Source: an uncultured virus (IMG/VR IMGVR_UViG_3300022917_000009)
Lineage: Duplodnaviria; Heunggongvirae; Uroviricota; Caudoviricetes
Length of the DNA stretch: 20,000 bases
Direction: 5' to 3' (one strand)
Virus record (IMG/VR): IMGVR_UViG_3300022917_000009
Shown: one piece after another, positions 7,659 through 16,151 of the stretch
Layout of the letters: each line of letters starts with the position of its first letter
Position numbering within the stretch: the first letter of the stretch is position 1
Notes under the pieces: model-generated
The model's input: only the letters and a program-made list of their open reading frames with translations
What the model was told of the DNA's origin: nothing
The model's database searches: none
Translations under genes and position numbers: made by a program

Positions 7659-8908
7659 TGGCAACTCCCCGCGAAGTATACGAGCACGGGCTGGCTAAGG
7701 CGCAGATGATCGCTGTTCTTACTGCGGGGCATCAGGCCGCGTCCAATCAACACGGAAACGCTGAACTGTATATGGCATGGGCCGACAAGAACGCTTCCAA
7801 GATCATGGAGGTGAACGGCGTGGGCGAGCCCTTCCCCGGCGATCCTACGGTGTTTGGCGTTGATGTCTCCAACGGCCCGGACTGGACGGTCGTGCACACC
7901 ATACAACGCCCGTCAGCGCCGTGGAACACAACAGACGAAGCCCTCCCCGGTACTGGCGCCCTTGTGGAGTTCGAAGTGCGAGGCACAAACGCTGGAATCC
8001 ATTTCGGTCAGTACTACAACTGCAACCGCCTCCCATGGGTGGACAACAAGAAGCAGCAGTTATTTGCCGATTCCCAAATCGTGCGCTGGCGCATGGCCGA
8101 TGGCGCCGAGTGGTCGGAGTACAATACGGGTGGTGGGCGTCAGTCGCTCCAGCAGTCCGTCTCCGCGCAGGCCGACGCGAGGGCGCGGCTCCTTCTACGC
8201 GAGTGCCTTCTCAGGATGCAGGGAGACTTGTCGTTGGCGAGCCTCGAAGGGGAGGTGAAGGACTTCCTGCGCCAGACGACGGACGCGCCGGTCGCGGTCA
8301 CTCCCGAATCATCTTCGATTGTGGCGCACAGCCTAATGCGGTGTGCCGAATGGTTCGCCAAGCGCGCCCAAGACGGGGATACGTCAACATCGTTGCAGCT
8401 AAAGCGGCTAGCGGAGAAGGCGCGAGTGGTTGCGGATGCGCCGGTCGCGAAAGAGGAGAAGGCGCAAGCATCGGTGGCTGCCGCTATCGGGAACCTCACC
8501 ATGACTCTTGCCGGTGGCGACTGGCGTGTGGCTGCTCCGGGCACTGAACGTGCTTACTCCCCGCAATGGAAGGAGGCTCTTCGTCAGGCGCGCAACGAGG
8601 GTGGGCGACTCGGCCATAATTGCGTGGCGTCTCTTCACTTGCTCCTTGGTATTATCAAGACCGGATACCAGTTTCCCGGAGTGAACGTGATCGCGATGAG
8701 GGCCGCAGCAGAGCTTGCGTCAGAACCGAACATCGGACCCACCGTGGGCATCTTCCCGCACACGCCCGAAACGAAGTCGATTATCAGATCGGCGCAAGTG
8801 CTTGCCGCGGCTGATGGCAGTCCTCAGTTCGAAGTGAACCACCTTGTCCGCGCTCTTCGATGCGTCGAGTCTGACGCCAAGAAGATCATGGAGAAATACC
8901 ATGCCTAA
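7655..8908 (+). CDS. Mosaic protein: DUF551-like segment plus C-terminal Clp N-terminal (Clp repeat) domain, no ATPase
   Basis: WNTTDEALP...IVRWR is DUF551-like; YSPQWKEALRQARNEGGRLGHNCVASLHLLLGII and HTPETKSIIRSAQVLA...EVNHLVRAL resemble the two ClpA/B/C N-domain repeats. Confidence 0.75.
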   Translation: MMATPREVYEHGLAKAQMIAVLTAGHQAASNQHGNAELYMAWADKNASKIMEVNGVGEPFPGDPTVFGVDVSNGPDWTVVHTIQRPSAPWNTTDEALPGTGALVEFEVRGTNAGIHFGQYYNCNRLPWVDNKKQQLFADSQIVRWRMADGAEWSEYNTGGGRQSLQQSVSAQADARARLLLRECLLRMQGDLSLASLEGEVKDFLRQTTDAPVAVTPESSSIVAHSLMRCAEWFAKRAQDGDTSTSLQLKRLAEKARVVADAPVAKEEKAQASVAAAIGNLTMTLAGGDWRVAAPGTERAYSPQWKEALRQARNEGGRLGHNCVASLHLLLGIIKTGYQFPGVNVIAMRAAAELASEPNIGPTVGIFPHTPETKSIIRSAQVLAAADGSPQFEVNHLVRALRCVESDAKKIMEKYHA

Positions 8909-9140
8909 ATTCCGCTCCCGCGAGGTCGTCGAGGCCGTCCAGTGGGATGGGACGGAGGAGGCGAGGAAGGCGATTGAGGCAATGATTGGCGAGAAAACAT
9001 TGCCGCGATTGTACGTCCGAGGCGCGGATATGGGGAACGGTCGATATGTGGATGAAGGGCAGTGGGTCGTTAATGTCTGGCTTGGCCCCGAGGTCATGTC
9101 AAACGTCGCGTTCCTCGCCAGATACGAGCCCCTCGTATGA
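8901..9140 (+). CDS. Small phage protein (K-F/Y-R...VEAVQW family, PGDYG-like)
   Basis: MPKFRSREVVEAVQWDG...GQWVV...FLARYEP; GGAG RBS. Confidence 0.7.
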   Translation: MPKFRSREVVEAVQWDGTEEARKAIEAMIGEKTLPRLYVRGADMGNGRYVDEGQWVVNVWLGPEVMSNVAFLARYEPLV

Positions 9141-9355
9141 CCACCCCTCTCCGCCCCCAGCCGATCCCCGACACCGAAGAGCGCCGGATCATGCGCTCCA
9201 TCCAAGCTCAGGACGAGACCCTCGAAGGACTTCGGCGAATGCAGGACGAGAACCGCAACGGCGCGTGGCGCAAGGCCGGGATGCCCGTCTCGGCGAAGGC
9301 AGAATGGGACTACGAAATCCCGGCACCGCAACCCATCGAAAGGAAGAGACCGTGA
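9137..9355 (+). CDS. Hypothetical protein
   Basis: ATGA/GTGA coupling. Confidence 0.65.
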   Translation: MTTPLRPQPIPDTEERRIMRSIQAQDETLEGLRRMQDENRNGAWRKAGMPVSAKAEWDYEIPAPQPIERKRP

Positions 9356-9600
9356 GCACGAACATCAAAGGCCAGTACGCCACCGAACGCGTAGCCAACC
9401 CGCTCAACGACGCTATCCACCCGTCTGAGTTTGCCCGCATCGCCGCCCTTCGCGCGTCCGGCGTGGAGTTCTCGGCGATGGCAAAGACGGAGGAGTGGTT
9501 GTGCAAGGATGGGGAGAAGCGCAAGAAGTCCCCGCGGACGTTGGCGAAGGCCGCGGAGCGCGCGACGCAGGACGACGTGATGCTGGCGGGGTTGGGATGA
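9352..9600 (+). CDS. Hypothetical protein
   Basis: AAGGA RBS, GTGA-coupled start (MSTNIKGQY...). Confidence 0.7.
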   Translation: MSTNIKGQYATERVANPLNDAIHPSEFARIAALRASGVEFSAMAKTEEWLCKDGEKRKKSPRTLAKAAERATQDDVMLAGLG

Positions 9601-9842
9601 TGAAAATGTGTGTGGCGTGCCCATTCAACTCCACTCCCGAAAGCGAAATAGCGTACAATTACGCGTGCCTTCCGACTGCCGAAGAAGCCGTATCGCACTT
9701 CGACGCAAAGCAAGAGTCTATTTCTTGCCATGGTCGAGACACTCACTGCGCCGGACTCTTGGAACACAGACCGGAAGCGGAGGACTTCCCAATCCTTCCA
9801 TATCCCAAGTGGTATCGCGGAGAGTCCGATGCCCCTCAGTGA
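9597..9842 (+). CDS. Cys/His-rich putative metal-binding phage protein
   Basis: CVACPF...NYACLP...SCH...CAG motif; ATGA coupling. Confidence 0.7.
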   Translation: MMKMCVACPFNSTPESEIAYNYACLPTAEEAVSHFDAKQESISCHGRDTHCAGLLEHRPEAEDFPILPYPKWYRGESDAPQ

Positions 9843-10098
9843 CCGCGACGCCGACGCCCTCTCCGAGTATGAGAACGACGAGTTCCATCGGGCTTGCGAG
9901 GAGGAGAGGCCGCGCTGGGTTATCTCAAAGCGAAGTCGCCTCCAAACAGATCGCTCGTACTCCGGCCCAACGTGGGACACGGCTGGCATTCGAAACAGGT
10001 ATCAGAAAGTGTACGACGATCACGATGAAGCGGCTCAGTGTGCCAGTCTCCTTTCGGCGCACAATCCCGTAGGATTCGATGTTGTAGAGTACTGGTAA
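9829..10098 (+). CDS. Hypothetical protein
   Basis: GGAG RBS; MPLSDRDADALSEY... Confidence 0.65.
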   Translation: MPLSDRDADALSEYENDEFHRACEEERPRWVISKRSRLQTDRSYSGPTWDTAGIRNRYQKVYDDHDEAAQCASLLSAHNPVGFDVVEYW

Positions 10099-10141
10099 TC
10101 ACCCAACCCGCCCGGCGCCGCCGGAGAATAAGGAGCAGTAA

Positions 10142-10696
10142 ATGAGTAGCTACGGAAGTGGCAGTTACGCGAACGACCCGGACGCCGAGATGGACCTCAG
10201 CAAGTACGAAGCCTACGGTGCCGAGTTGCCCGTTGGCGAGTACGTTTGCACCATCCAGTCTGCGGTTCCCGGCACGTCGAAGAACGGAGGCCGTATTATG
10301 GGCGTCACCTTTCAGGACACCGTGAGCGGCGGCACCAAGAAGAAGGATTACGCCCTCAGCGACAAGGCCATGGGGTACTTCGTCGGTATGGTTCAGGCCG
10401 CTGGCTTCGACACCAAGCAGCCCGGGTTCAAGCCTTCGTCCCTCGTCGGCGCCAAGATCAAGATCATCATCGCGCACCAGCAGGACAACCCGCAGTACAC
10501 CGAAGTCAAAGGCACCTTCAAGTGGGATGCCCCGACCATGCTCCGCGCCACGCCCGCCCCGGCACCGAAGAGGCCCGTCGATCCGTCCACGCCCGAAGGT
10601 CAGCAGCCCCGTCGCCCGGTTGAACACCGCGCCGAGCAACTCGACATCACCGACGGCCCGCCCGTCACCGGTACCGAAGACGACTTGCCATTCTGA
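10142..10696 (+). CDS. Phage single-stranded DNA-binding protein, DUF669-like
   Basis: LPVGEYVCTIQSA...SKNG N-terminus, Pro-rich linker, acidic SSB-type C-terminus EDDLPF; TAAGGAG RBS; next to RecE/RecT. Confidence 0.8.
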   Translation: MSSYGSGSYANDPDAEMDLSKYEAYGAELPVGEYVCTIQSAVPGTSKNGGRIMGVTFQDTVSGGTKKKDYALSDKAMGYFVGMVQAAGFDTKQPGFKPSSLVGAKIKIIIAHQQDNPQYTEVKGTFKWDAPTMLRATPAPAPKRPVDPSTPEGQQPRRPVEHRAEQLDITDGPPVTGTEDDLPF

Positions 10697-11553
10697 TGCC
10701 CGAGCCCAATGACATCTCACTCGACGACCTGCCCGACGACACCCGGTACGGGGCGTACTACAATCTCCCCGTCGCCGAATATGACGCAGCACCGGCGCTT
10801 CGCAGTACGTCCATCCGACTGCTGATGAAGTCTCCGGCGCACTATCTGGCGAACCATCGCGTCGAGACCGAGGCGATGAAGACGGGGAGCCTTGTCCATG
10901 CGGCGATGCTGGAGCCGGAAGTCTTCGGCTCCCGCTACATGGTCATGGAGAAGGTAGACCGCCGGTACAAGGAAGGTAAGGTGAAGTACGAGGACGCATT
11001 GCGACAGGCTCAGGAACAGAAATTGATCCTGATAAATGAGGCGGACCAACGGCAGGTGTTCGGAATTCGCGCGTCGCTCTTGGGCCACAAGCGAATCTCA
11101 AAGCTCCTCACTCAGGCCAAGCGCGAGGTGTCGTTGTTCTGGAATGAGGAGGACGTTTCCTGCAAGGCGCGCATCGACATTCTGCCCGTCATCGACAACA
11201 CCATCGTTGATCTGAAGACGACCGAGGACGCGCAGCCCAAGCCATTCATGCGGTCAGTGTATCGGTACGGCTACAACTTCCAAGCCGGTCACTACTGCCG
11301 CGGCGGGGAGCGAATCTTGGGGATGGAGCGCCCGGACTTCCTGCTTGTAGCAATCGAGAAGGAACCGCCCTACGCCGTCGCCATGTACACACTCCCCCGA
11401 TCCATCATCGAAGAGGGTTGGCGACAATGCGCCGCGGCGATGGAAGTTTACCGCAAGTGCCTCGCAACGAAGGAGTGGCCCGGGTATACCGAGGAGACCC
11501 TTGAACTTCACGACTGGAAAACCGCCAAGGAGGCGATGAAAGATGAGCAGTGA
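10696..11553 (+). CDS. recE: RecE/exonuclease VIII-like PD-(D/E)XK nuclease (DUF3799-like)
   Basis: SPAHY, GSLVHAAMLEP, EVSLFW, CKARID, IVDLKTT, YNFQAGHY, FLLVAIEKEPPY motifs. Confidence 0.9.
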   Translation: MPEPNDISLDDLPDDTRYGAYYNLPVAEYDAAPALRSTSIRLLMKSPAHYLANHRVETEAMKTGSLVHAAMLEPEVFGSRYMVMEKVDRRYKEGKVKYEDALRQAQEQKLILINEADQRQVFGIRASLLGHKRISKLLTQAKREVSLFWNEEDVSCKARIDILPVIDNTIVDLKTTEDAQPKPFMRSVYRYGYNFQAGHYCRGGERILGMERPDFLLVAIEKEPPYAVAMYTLPRSIIEEGWRQCAAAMEVYRKCLATKEWPGYTEETLELHDWKTAKEAMKDEQ

Positions 11554-12469
11554 ACTCGTAAAGTCCGGTGAAAGCCTGCCGGAATTCCGTGGCCTTCAGC
11601 CGCGCACGTTCTCCGAAATCATGGAGTTCGCCGATGTCCTATCGAAGTCCACCATCGTCCCGGAGGCATACCGCGGCCAGCCCGCGAACATCCTGCTAGC
11701 GATGCAGATGGGTTCCGAGGTCGGCCTCTCGCCGATGCAGTCCTTGACGAACGTGTACATCATCGACGGCAAGCCTTCGCTATCGACCGATGCCATGCTC
11801 GCCGTTGCCAAGTCATCGGTGCATTGGGACCCTGCCGGATTCGACGTGAAGTACGAGGGCACCGGCGACAATCGCAAGTGCATCGTCACCGTCCAGCGCA
11901 AGGGCGAGAAGGCGCAGCGTGGGGAGTTCGTCACCTCGACGGCGCGTGCCGCAGGCAAGATGTCCAATCCGAAGAGTAACTGGTCACTGTACCCCGACGA
12001 CATGCTCCGCGCTCGCGCCATGGGCCGCGCCCTAAAGATGGCGTTCCCGGCGGAAATCAAGGGGTTCAAGAGTCGCGAGGAGGCCGAAGATTCTGTGATC
12101 GAAACCGATGCCGTGCCCGTGCGCCAGTCTCTCGACTCCCGCATCGACGCCACGCCCGTTGCTCCCCTCGCGACCCCGGCACCGGCGGTCGTGCAGGTCG
12201 TTGTATCGGAGGCTCTCGACGATACCGGGCTGACGAAGGAAGAGAAGTTGTCCGCGCTCGACAAGCTGGCCCACGCGAACGCCGTCGAGAAGGGCACCGA
12301 GTACGCCGAGGAACTGGCCGCGCTTCTGCGATACGAGACTGGCAAGCCAGACAAGCCCGTCTTCGAGGTCGCATCGTTGGACTATTTCCGCGAGGGTGAC
12401 GCGAAGGAGAACGCCAAGCGGGTGAAGCTCCTGTACCTGATCTACAAGAAGGCGTGCCTTATCTCGTAG
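11543..12469 (+). CDS. recT: RecT-like single-strand annealing protein
   Basis: IVPEAYRGQPANILLAMQMGSEVGLSPMQSLTNVYIIDGKPSL and W-x-x-YPDDMLRARA...AFP; follows RecE-like gene; GGAGG RBS. Confidence 0.8.
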   Translation: MSSELVKSGESLPEFRGLQPRTFSEIMEFADVLSKSTIVPEAYRGQPANILLAMQMGSEVGLSPMQSLTNVYIIDGKPSLSTDAMLAVAKSSVHWDPAGFDVKYEGTGDNRKCIVTVQRKGEKAQRGEFVTSTARAAGKMSNPKSNWSLYPDDMLRARAMGRALKMAFPAEIKGFKSREEAEDSVIETDAVPVRQSLDSRIDATPVAPLATPAPAVVQVVVSEALDDTGLTKEEKLSALDKLAHANAVEKGTEYAEELAALLRYETGKPDKPVFEVASLDYFREGDAKENAKRVKLLYLIYKKACLIS

Positions 12470-12498
12470 TAGAAGCCCACAACCTTGGCCGGCACGCC

Positions 12499-12539
12499 CC
12501 GGCGCATCGCTTGGAGAGGGTGCGCCGGATATTTATTTT
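12499..12539 (+). terminator. Probable Rho-independent terminator
   Basis: CCGGCGCATC...GGTGCGCCGG stem followed by ATATTTATTTT. Confidence 0.7.
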
Positions 12540-12540
12540 C

Positions 12541-12590
12541 AATCCGCTAGCGAATTGTCTTGACCCGCGCTAGCGAATCTCGCGGAGTGA
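12541..12590 (+). promoter_or_regulatory. Putative promoter with two palindromic operators
   Basis: CGCTAGCG(AAT) at 12545-12555 and 12568-12578 flank TTGACC at 12560-12565; no consensus -10. Confidence 0.65.
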
Positions 12591-12610
12591 CCGCGCAAAG
12601 GAGATCGACG

Positions 12611-12904
12611 ATGGCAAAGCCGAAGAACGGAGTAGCGATGCCGAACTTGGGCATCAGAGTCCCGGCGGAGGTGAAGGCCGCGGCGGAAGAGGACACCGAT
12701 GGGGCGCGTGCAGCCTTGGTTACGTGGAACTACAAGACCAAGTGCGCTAACTGTGGGAAGGCGAAAGGCGACCATCTTGCCGGGATCATGAGTTGCCCGG
12801 TTGGATGCAAGAATCGCGTTCACGGATACAGTACTTACCACAAATGTCAAACATTCCAGCCAAAGCAGCCGAAGGGCACCGCGAAGGGAAAGGGGCAGTT
12901 ATGA
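12611..12904 (+). CDS. Ribbon-helix-helix (Arc-like) regulator fused to Cys/His Zn-binding domain
   Basis: AAGGAG RBS; PNLGIRVPAEVKAAAEE beta-strand/helix pattern; CANCG...H...CP...C. Confidence 0.65.
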   Translation: MAKPKNGVAMPNLGIRVPAEVKAAAEEDTDGARAALVTWNYKTKCANCGKAKGDHLAGIMSCPVGCKNRVHGYSTYHKCQTFQPKQPKGTAKGKGQL

Positions 12905-13056
12905 CACCGTACGATGAAGGATTCGAAGCCTACTACCGGGATGCAGCCGGAAGCGCGAACCCGTGGCCGGAAGATACGCTGGAGCACGAGGCTTGGCTGC
13001 AAGGGTTCCGTGCCGCAGAGAAAGAGCATGAGGAGGACTTCGCCGATGGCAACTGA
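12901..13056 (+). CDS. RMF/CrpP-fold-like mini-protein
   Basis: Y-x-x-G-F-x-A...NPW...AWLQGF pattern resembles RMF (G-Y-x-A...CPY...WL-x-GW); ATGA-coupled. Confidence 0.6.
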   Translation: MTPYDEGFEAYYRDAAGSANPWPEDTLEHEAWLQGFRAAEKEHEEDFADGN

Positions 13057-13411
13057 CTCCGCGTGGCTGAAGTCGCTGAAGCCGGGCGACGAGGTGGGAA
13101 TCAGGTTCGCCAACGGTTCCCGCGAGATTTGGAAGGTGGCGCACTGGTCAGGCGGCACGCTCTGGGTGCAAAACGACCTTCCGGGGAATCGCGGACGTTG
13201 GATCAAGTTCGGAATGCGCGGCAAGGAACTCGGCGGAGGAACAGCAACCATCGCCAAGGTCGATACCGCATTCCGCTTGGAGATGGAAGAAGATGAAGAG
13301 GCCGGGATATTGGAGAAGCGTCTGAATGGAATCGGCTGGACGTGGCGATCTCACGGCATCGGCAAACTGCGGCGCATCTGCGCAATCCTCGACGAAAAGC
13401 CGGAGGCGTGA
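13046..13411 (+). CDS. Hypothetical protein, SH3-like N-terminus
   Basis: GAGGAGG RBS; WLKSLKPGDEV. Confidence 0.75.
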   Translation: MATDSAWLKSLKPGDEVGIRFANGSREIWKVAHWSGGTLWVQNDLPGNRGRWIKFGMRGKELGGGTATIAKVDTAFRLEMEEDEEAGILEKRLNGIGWTWRSHGIGKLRRICAILDEKPEA

Positions 13412-13414
13412 GCC

Positions 13415-13738
13415 ATGGCAACGAAGAAGAAGGACGATGCTCCCAAACACCTGTGGCACAGTGCGCTGGAAATCGAGATATTCAAGGAGGCGCCACCGGC
13501 CTCGACGGACCCGCGCGTCAAGATCGTACACGTCGGCGCCTTCGCGATTCCATATCCGCCGAAGACTATCCCGGGTAACGCCATGGTGAAGAAGTTGGCG
13601 ATTCAGGATGCGGAGACTGGCAACTGGCTCAACTTCACGGCTCCACTGTCGAACGAATTGGCACACGCGCTCGATAGATTGGAGCCGGAAGAGTGGTACT
13701 TCGCACGACTAACTCGCGTGGAGATTCCGCTCAAATGA
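13415..13738 (+). CDS. Hypothetical protein
   Basis: GGAGG RBS. Confidence 0.75.
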   Translation: MATKKKDDAPKHLWHSALEIEIFKEAPPASTDPRVKIVHVGAFAIPYPPKTIPGNAMVKKLAIQDAETGNWLNFTAPLSNELAHALDRLEPEEWYFARLTRVEIPLK

Positions 13739-14115
13739 CCACCTCCCCGATGACGCCGGAGCGGCTGGCGGAGATTGAAGACGCCGTATGGCATTCTGAA
13801 GCCATGGGCGAAACGCACCCCGAAGAAGCCGGGGTTCACCCGCGCCATGTCCGCGCCCTGCTGTCCGAACTCGCGCGGGAACGGGAGGCGGCGGAGGACG
13901 CGCGGATGGTGGCGTGGGCGATTGAGAACTGGCACACGTATCGCGGCAAAGGCGTCGCGATTCAGCGGGCGCACGGTGGCGGCAAGTGGGTGCTGATGCA
14001 GGATCACAATGTCGCTGTATGGATGGAGAACACGTTCCTGCCCGTCCTCACGCCCGAAGCCCGCGCCATCATTGCGGCCAGCGAATCCTACCGCAAGTGG
14101 AGGGCGGAGCAATGA
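13735..14115 (+). CDS. Hypothetical phage protein
   Basis: MTPERLAEI...VRALLSEL motif common in phage early genes; ATGA coupling. Confidence 0.75.
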   Translation: MTTSPMTPERLAEIEDAVWHSEAMGETHPEEAGVHPRHVRALLSELAREREAAEDARMVAWAIENWHTYRGKGVAIQRAHGGGKWVLMQDHNVAVWMENTFLPVLTPEARAIIAASESYRKWRAEQ

Positions 14116-14519
14116 GCCACCAACTGACGGACGCGGAGCGGGCGACGCTCACGGCAGAAGAGATTCACCTGTTCGACCTGTGCGTGCAGCCCACGCCAGC
14201 ACTTATCAAGGTCATTGCCCGTGAGCGCGCGGCGAGAAAGCAGGCGGAGGAAGATCACGCGCGGACGGCGTGGGCTATGAAGCGTAGCGCTAGCAGTTTC
14301 GGCGACGTTGGCGCTGGGTGTCTTGTCCGGCTCGAATACACCGAGAGTGACGAGAGCGACAAGATTACGCTTTCCGACTGGGCACTGTATACCGGACGCC
14401 CTGTGCGACTCCCCATAAGCGATTTCCGAATCCGAATGGGCATGGGAGACTTCCCCGACTGGTCCGTGCCCGGTGCCCGCGAGGCCGTGGACGCGGCGCG
14501 AGGGGAGGGCGGACGGTGA
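14112..14519 (+). CDS. Hypothetical protein
   Basis: ATGA/GTGA coupling. Confidence 0.7.
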   Translation: MSHQLTDAERATLTAEEIHLFDLCVQPTPALIKVIARERAARKQAEEDHARTAWAMKRSASSFGDVGAGCLVRLEYTESDESDKITLSDWALYTGRPVRLPISDFRIRMGMGDFPDWSVPGAREAVDAARGEGGR

Positions 14520-14710
14520 GTAGGTTCGCATACTACTACAACTTTACCGGCACGTTCGCCGGGTTCGCTTCGTGCCTCACCGCGCTATTGCTCGCCGCCT
14601 TCACAGGGCATCCGTTCATCTCCGGGATCAGTGGCATCGGCGCCGGATACTTCTTCGAGGCGTGGCTGTTCTTGCGCCGCCCAATTCAAGATCGAAAGGA
14701 CCGCCCATGA
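14516..14710 (+). CDS. Small two-transmembrane membrane protein
   Basis: GGAGG RBS; two hydrophobic stretches and a basic tail. Confidence 0.65.
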   Translation: MSRFAYYYNFTGTFAGFASCLTALLLAAFTGHPFISGISGIGAGYFFEAWLFLRRPIQDRKDRP

Positions 14711-15060
14711 CCGCGAAGCGCCGCAGTGCGAAAGTATGTCTAAGGATTCTACTCGCTAAGATCAAGACGACGCTCGACGTATGGGTGGATCGCAGGCCAA
14801 CTGGCGAAGGGCTTGATGGCATGGAGCGCGACATAAAAACAGCCATTCGATTCGCCCGCAAGGAGGCGCGAGAGTCGGAGCGCCGGAAGATCGAGAAGGA
14901 GAATGTGCCCGCATTTGCCCGGGCAAAGAAGCGTGAACTCTGCGGGCGCAAGATGTCGAATCTCTGCTGGAACTGGGCACAGCACAAGAAGACGACTCTC
15001 GACGAAGGCGACCGGAAACAGTGCGAGCAACTCGCCACCGAGTGGGACGCCATCAAGTAG
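14707..15060 (+). CDS. Basic hypothetical protein
   Basis: AAGGA RBS, ATGA coupling. Confidence 0.7.
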   Translation: MTAKRRSAKVCLRILLAKIKTTLDVWVDRRPTGEGLDGMERDIKTAIRFARKEARESERRKIEKENVPAFARAKKRELCGRKMSNLCWNWAQHKKTTLDEGDRKQCEQLATEWDAIK

Positions 15061-15145
15061 TAAGCCGCCCTGCTGCGAGGAACGCACGAAGGAGTACCGG
15101 AGCCCGCTTCACCGGGGCCACCTCGACCGAAAGGGAGCAGTGACG

Positions 15146-15580
15146 ATGAGCCGTTCTGGATACAGCGATGATTGTTGCGGAGCAGAACTTGGACTCTGGC
15201 GCGGAGCCGTGGAGAGCGCCATTCGTGGGAATCGCGGGCAGCAGTTTCTCCGTGAAACGCTTGCCGCATTGGATGCGATGCCGGAGAAGCGGCTTATCGC
15301 CTCCGCGCTGGTGGCGGAAGATGGATGCGTATGCACCATGGGCGCCACCGCCAAGGCTCGCGGAATCGACACGTCCAAGGTTGACCCAGAGGACCGCGAT
15401 GCAGTGGCGCGAGCCCTCAATATCGCCCCCGCTCTCGCCGCCGAAATAGCATTCCGAAACGATGAAGAGTATTCGTGGCGCGACCCGGACAACGAAACGC
15501 CGGAGCGCCGATGGGAGCGCATGCGCAAGTGGGTGGCGGACCATATCCTACCGCTGGAGGCCCCCAATGCGAACACCTGA
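15146..15580 (+). CDS. Conserved phage hypothetical protein (MSRSGYSDD... type)
   Basis: MSRSGYSDD, WRGAV-x-SAIRG-x-RGQ-x-FL, LDAMPEKRLI, ETPERRWERMRKWV motifs; GGGAG RBS. Confidence 0.85.
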   Translation: MSRSGYSDDCCGAELGLWRGAVESAIRGNRGQQFLRETLAALDAMPEKRLIASALVAEDGCVCTMGATAKARGIDTSKVDPEDRDAVARALNIAPALAAEIAFRNDEEYSWRDPDNETPERRWERMRKWVADHILPLEAPNANT

Positions 15581-16151
15581 GCAGTGCGAGCAGGCCGCAG
15601 CGCAGGGGGAAGTAGCGACAATGGCGTGGGTGCATTGGCCCTGCGGCGACAAGAAGGATATGAGCGCGTTCGGATTCCTGAACGACTCCGCCGTCCGCAT
15701 CTACTGGCCCGATGGTCCGATGGGAACGCCCGGCAAATGGACAGCGTGCTTTGGCGTGCAACAGAGCAGCCGAGACGAGTGCAAGCGGCAGGATTTCACC
15801 TGCCTACTCGCCGCGCAACTCTGGTGCGAGTCGCTCCTTGCCGCTGCCACCGCGCCGCTCCACGCCGCCGAGATCGCTGGGCTGAAGGCGGAGGTGGCGC
15901 GCCTTCGTGGGGACATCGCGAAGATCGTCGTGACCGCTGTGCTTCCAGAAACACTTACGAAAGCAGTCGCCGAGGCGCGGAGCGCGGCGCTCAAGGAGGC
16001 GCAGGCCGCACTCCCATCGGCGTCGGCGTCGCCCGTGGATGATCGCGGAGTCGGGTTCGATGCTGGAATCACCCACTGTCGCAAGCTGCTCTCCGCGCTT
16101 GCGCAACCATCACCGAAGAACGAGCCAACGAAAGAGGAGGAGCGAGAGTGA
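15567..16151 (+). CDS. Hypothetical protein
   Basis: GGAGG RBS; coiled-coil C-terminal half. Confidence 0.7.
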   Translation: MRTPEQCEQAAAQGEVATMAWVHWPCGDKKDMSAFGFLNDSAVRIYWPDGPMGTPGKWTACFGVQQSSRDECKRQDFTCLLAAQLWCESLLAAATAPLHAAEIAGLKAEVARLRGDIAKIVVTAVLPETLTKAVAEARSAALKEAQAALPSASASPVDDRGVGFDAGITHCRKLLSALAQPSPKNEPTKEEERE

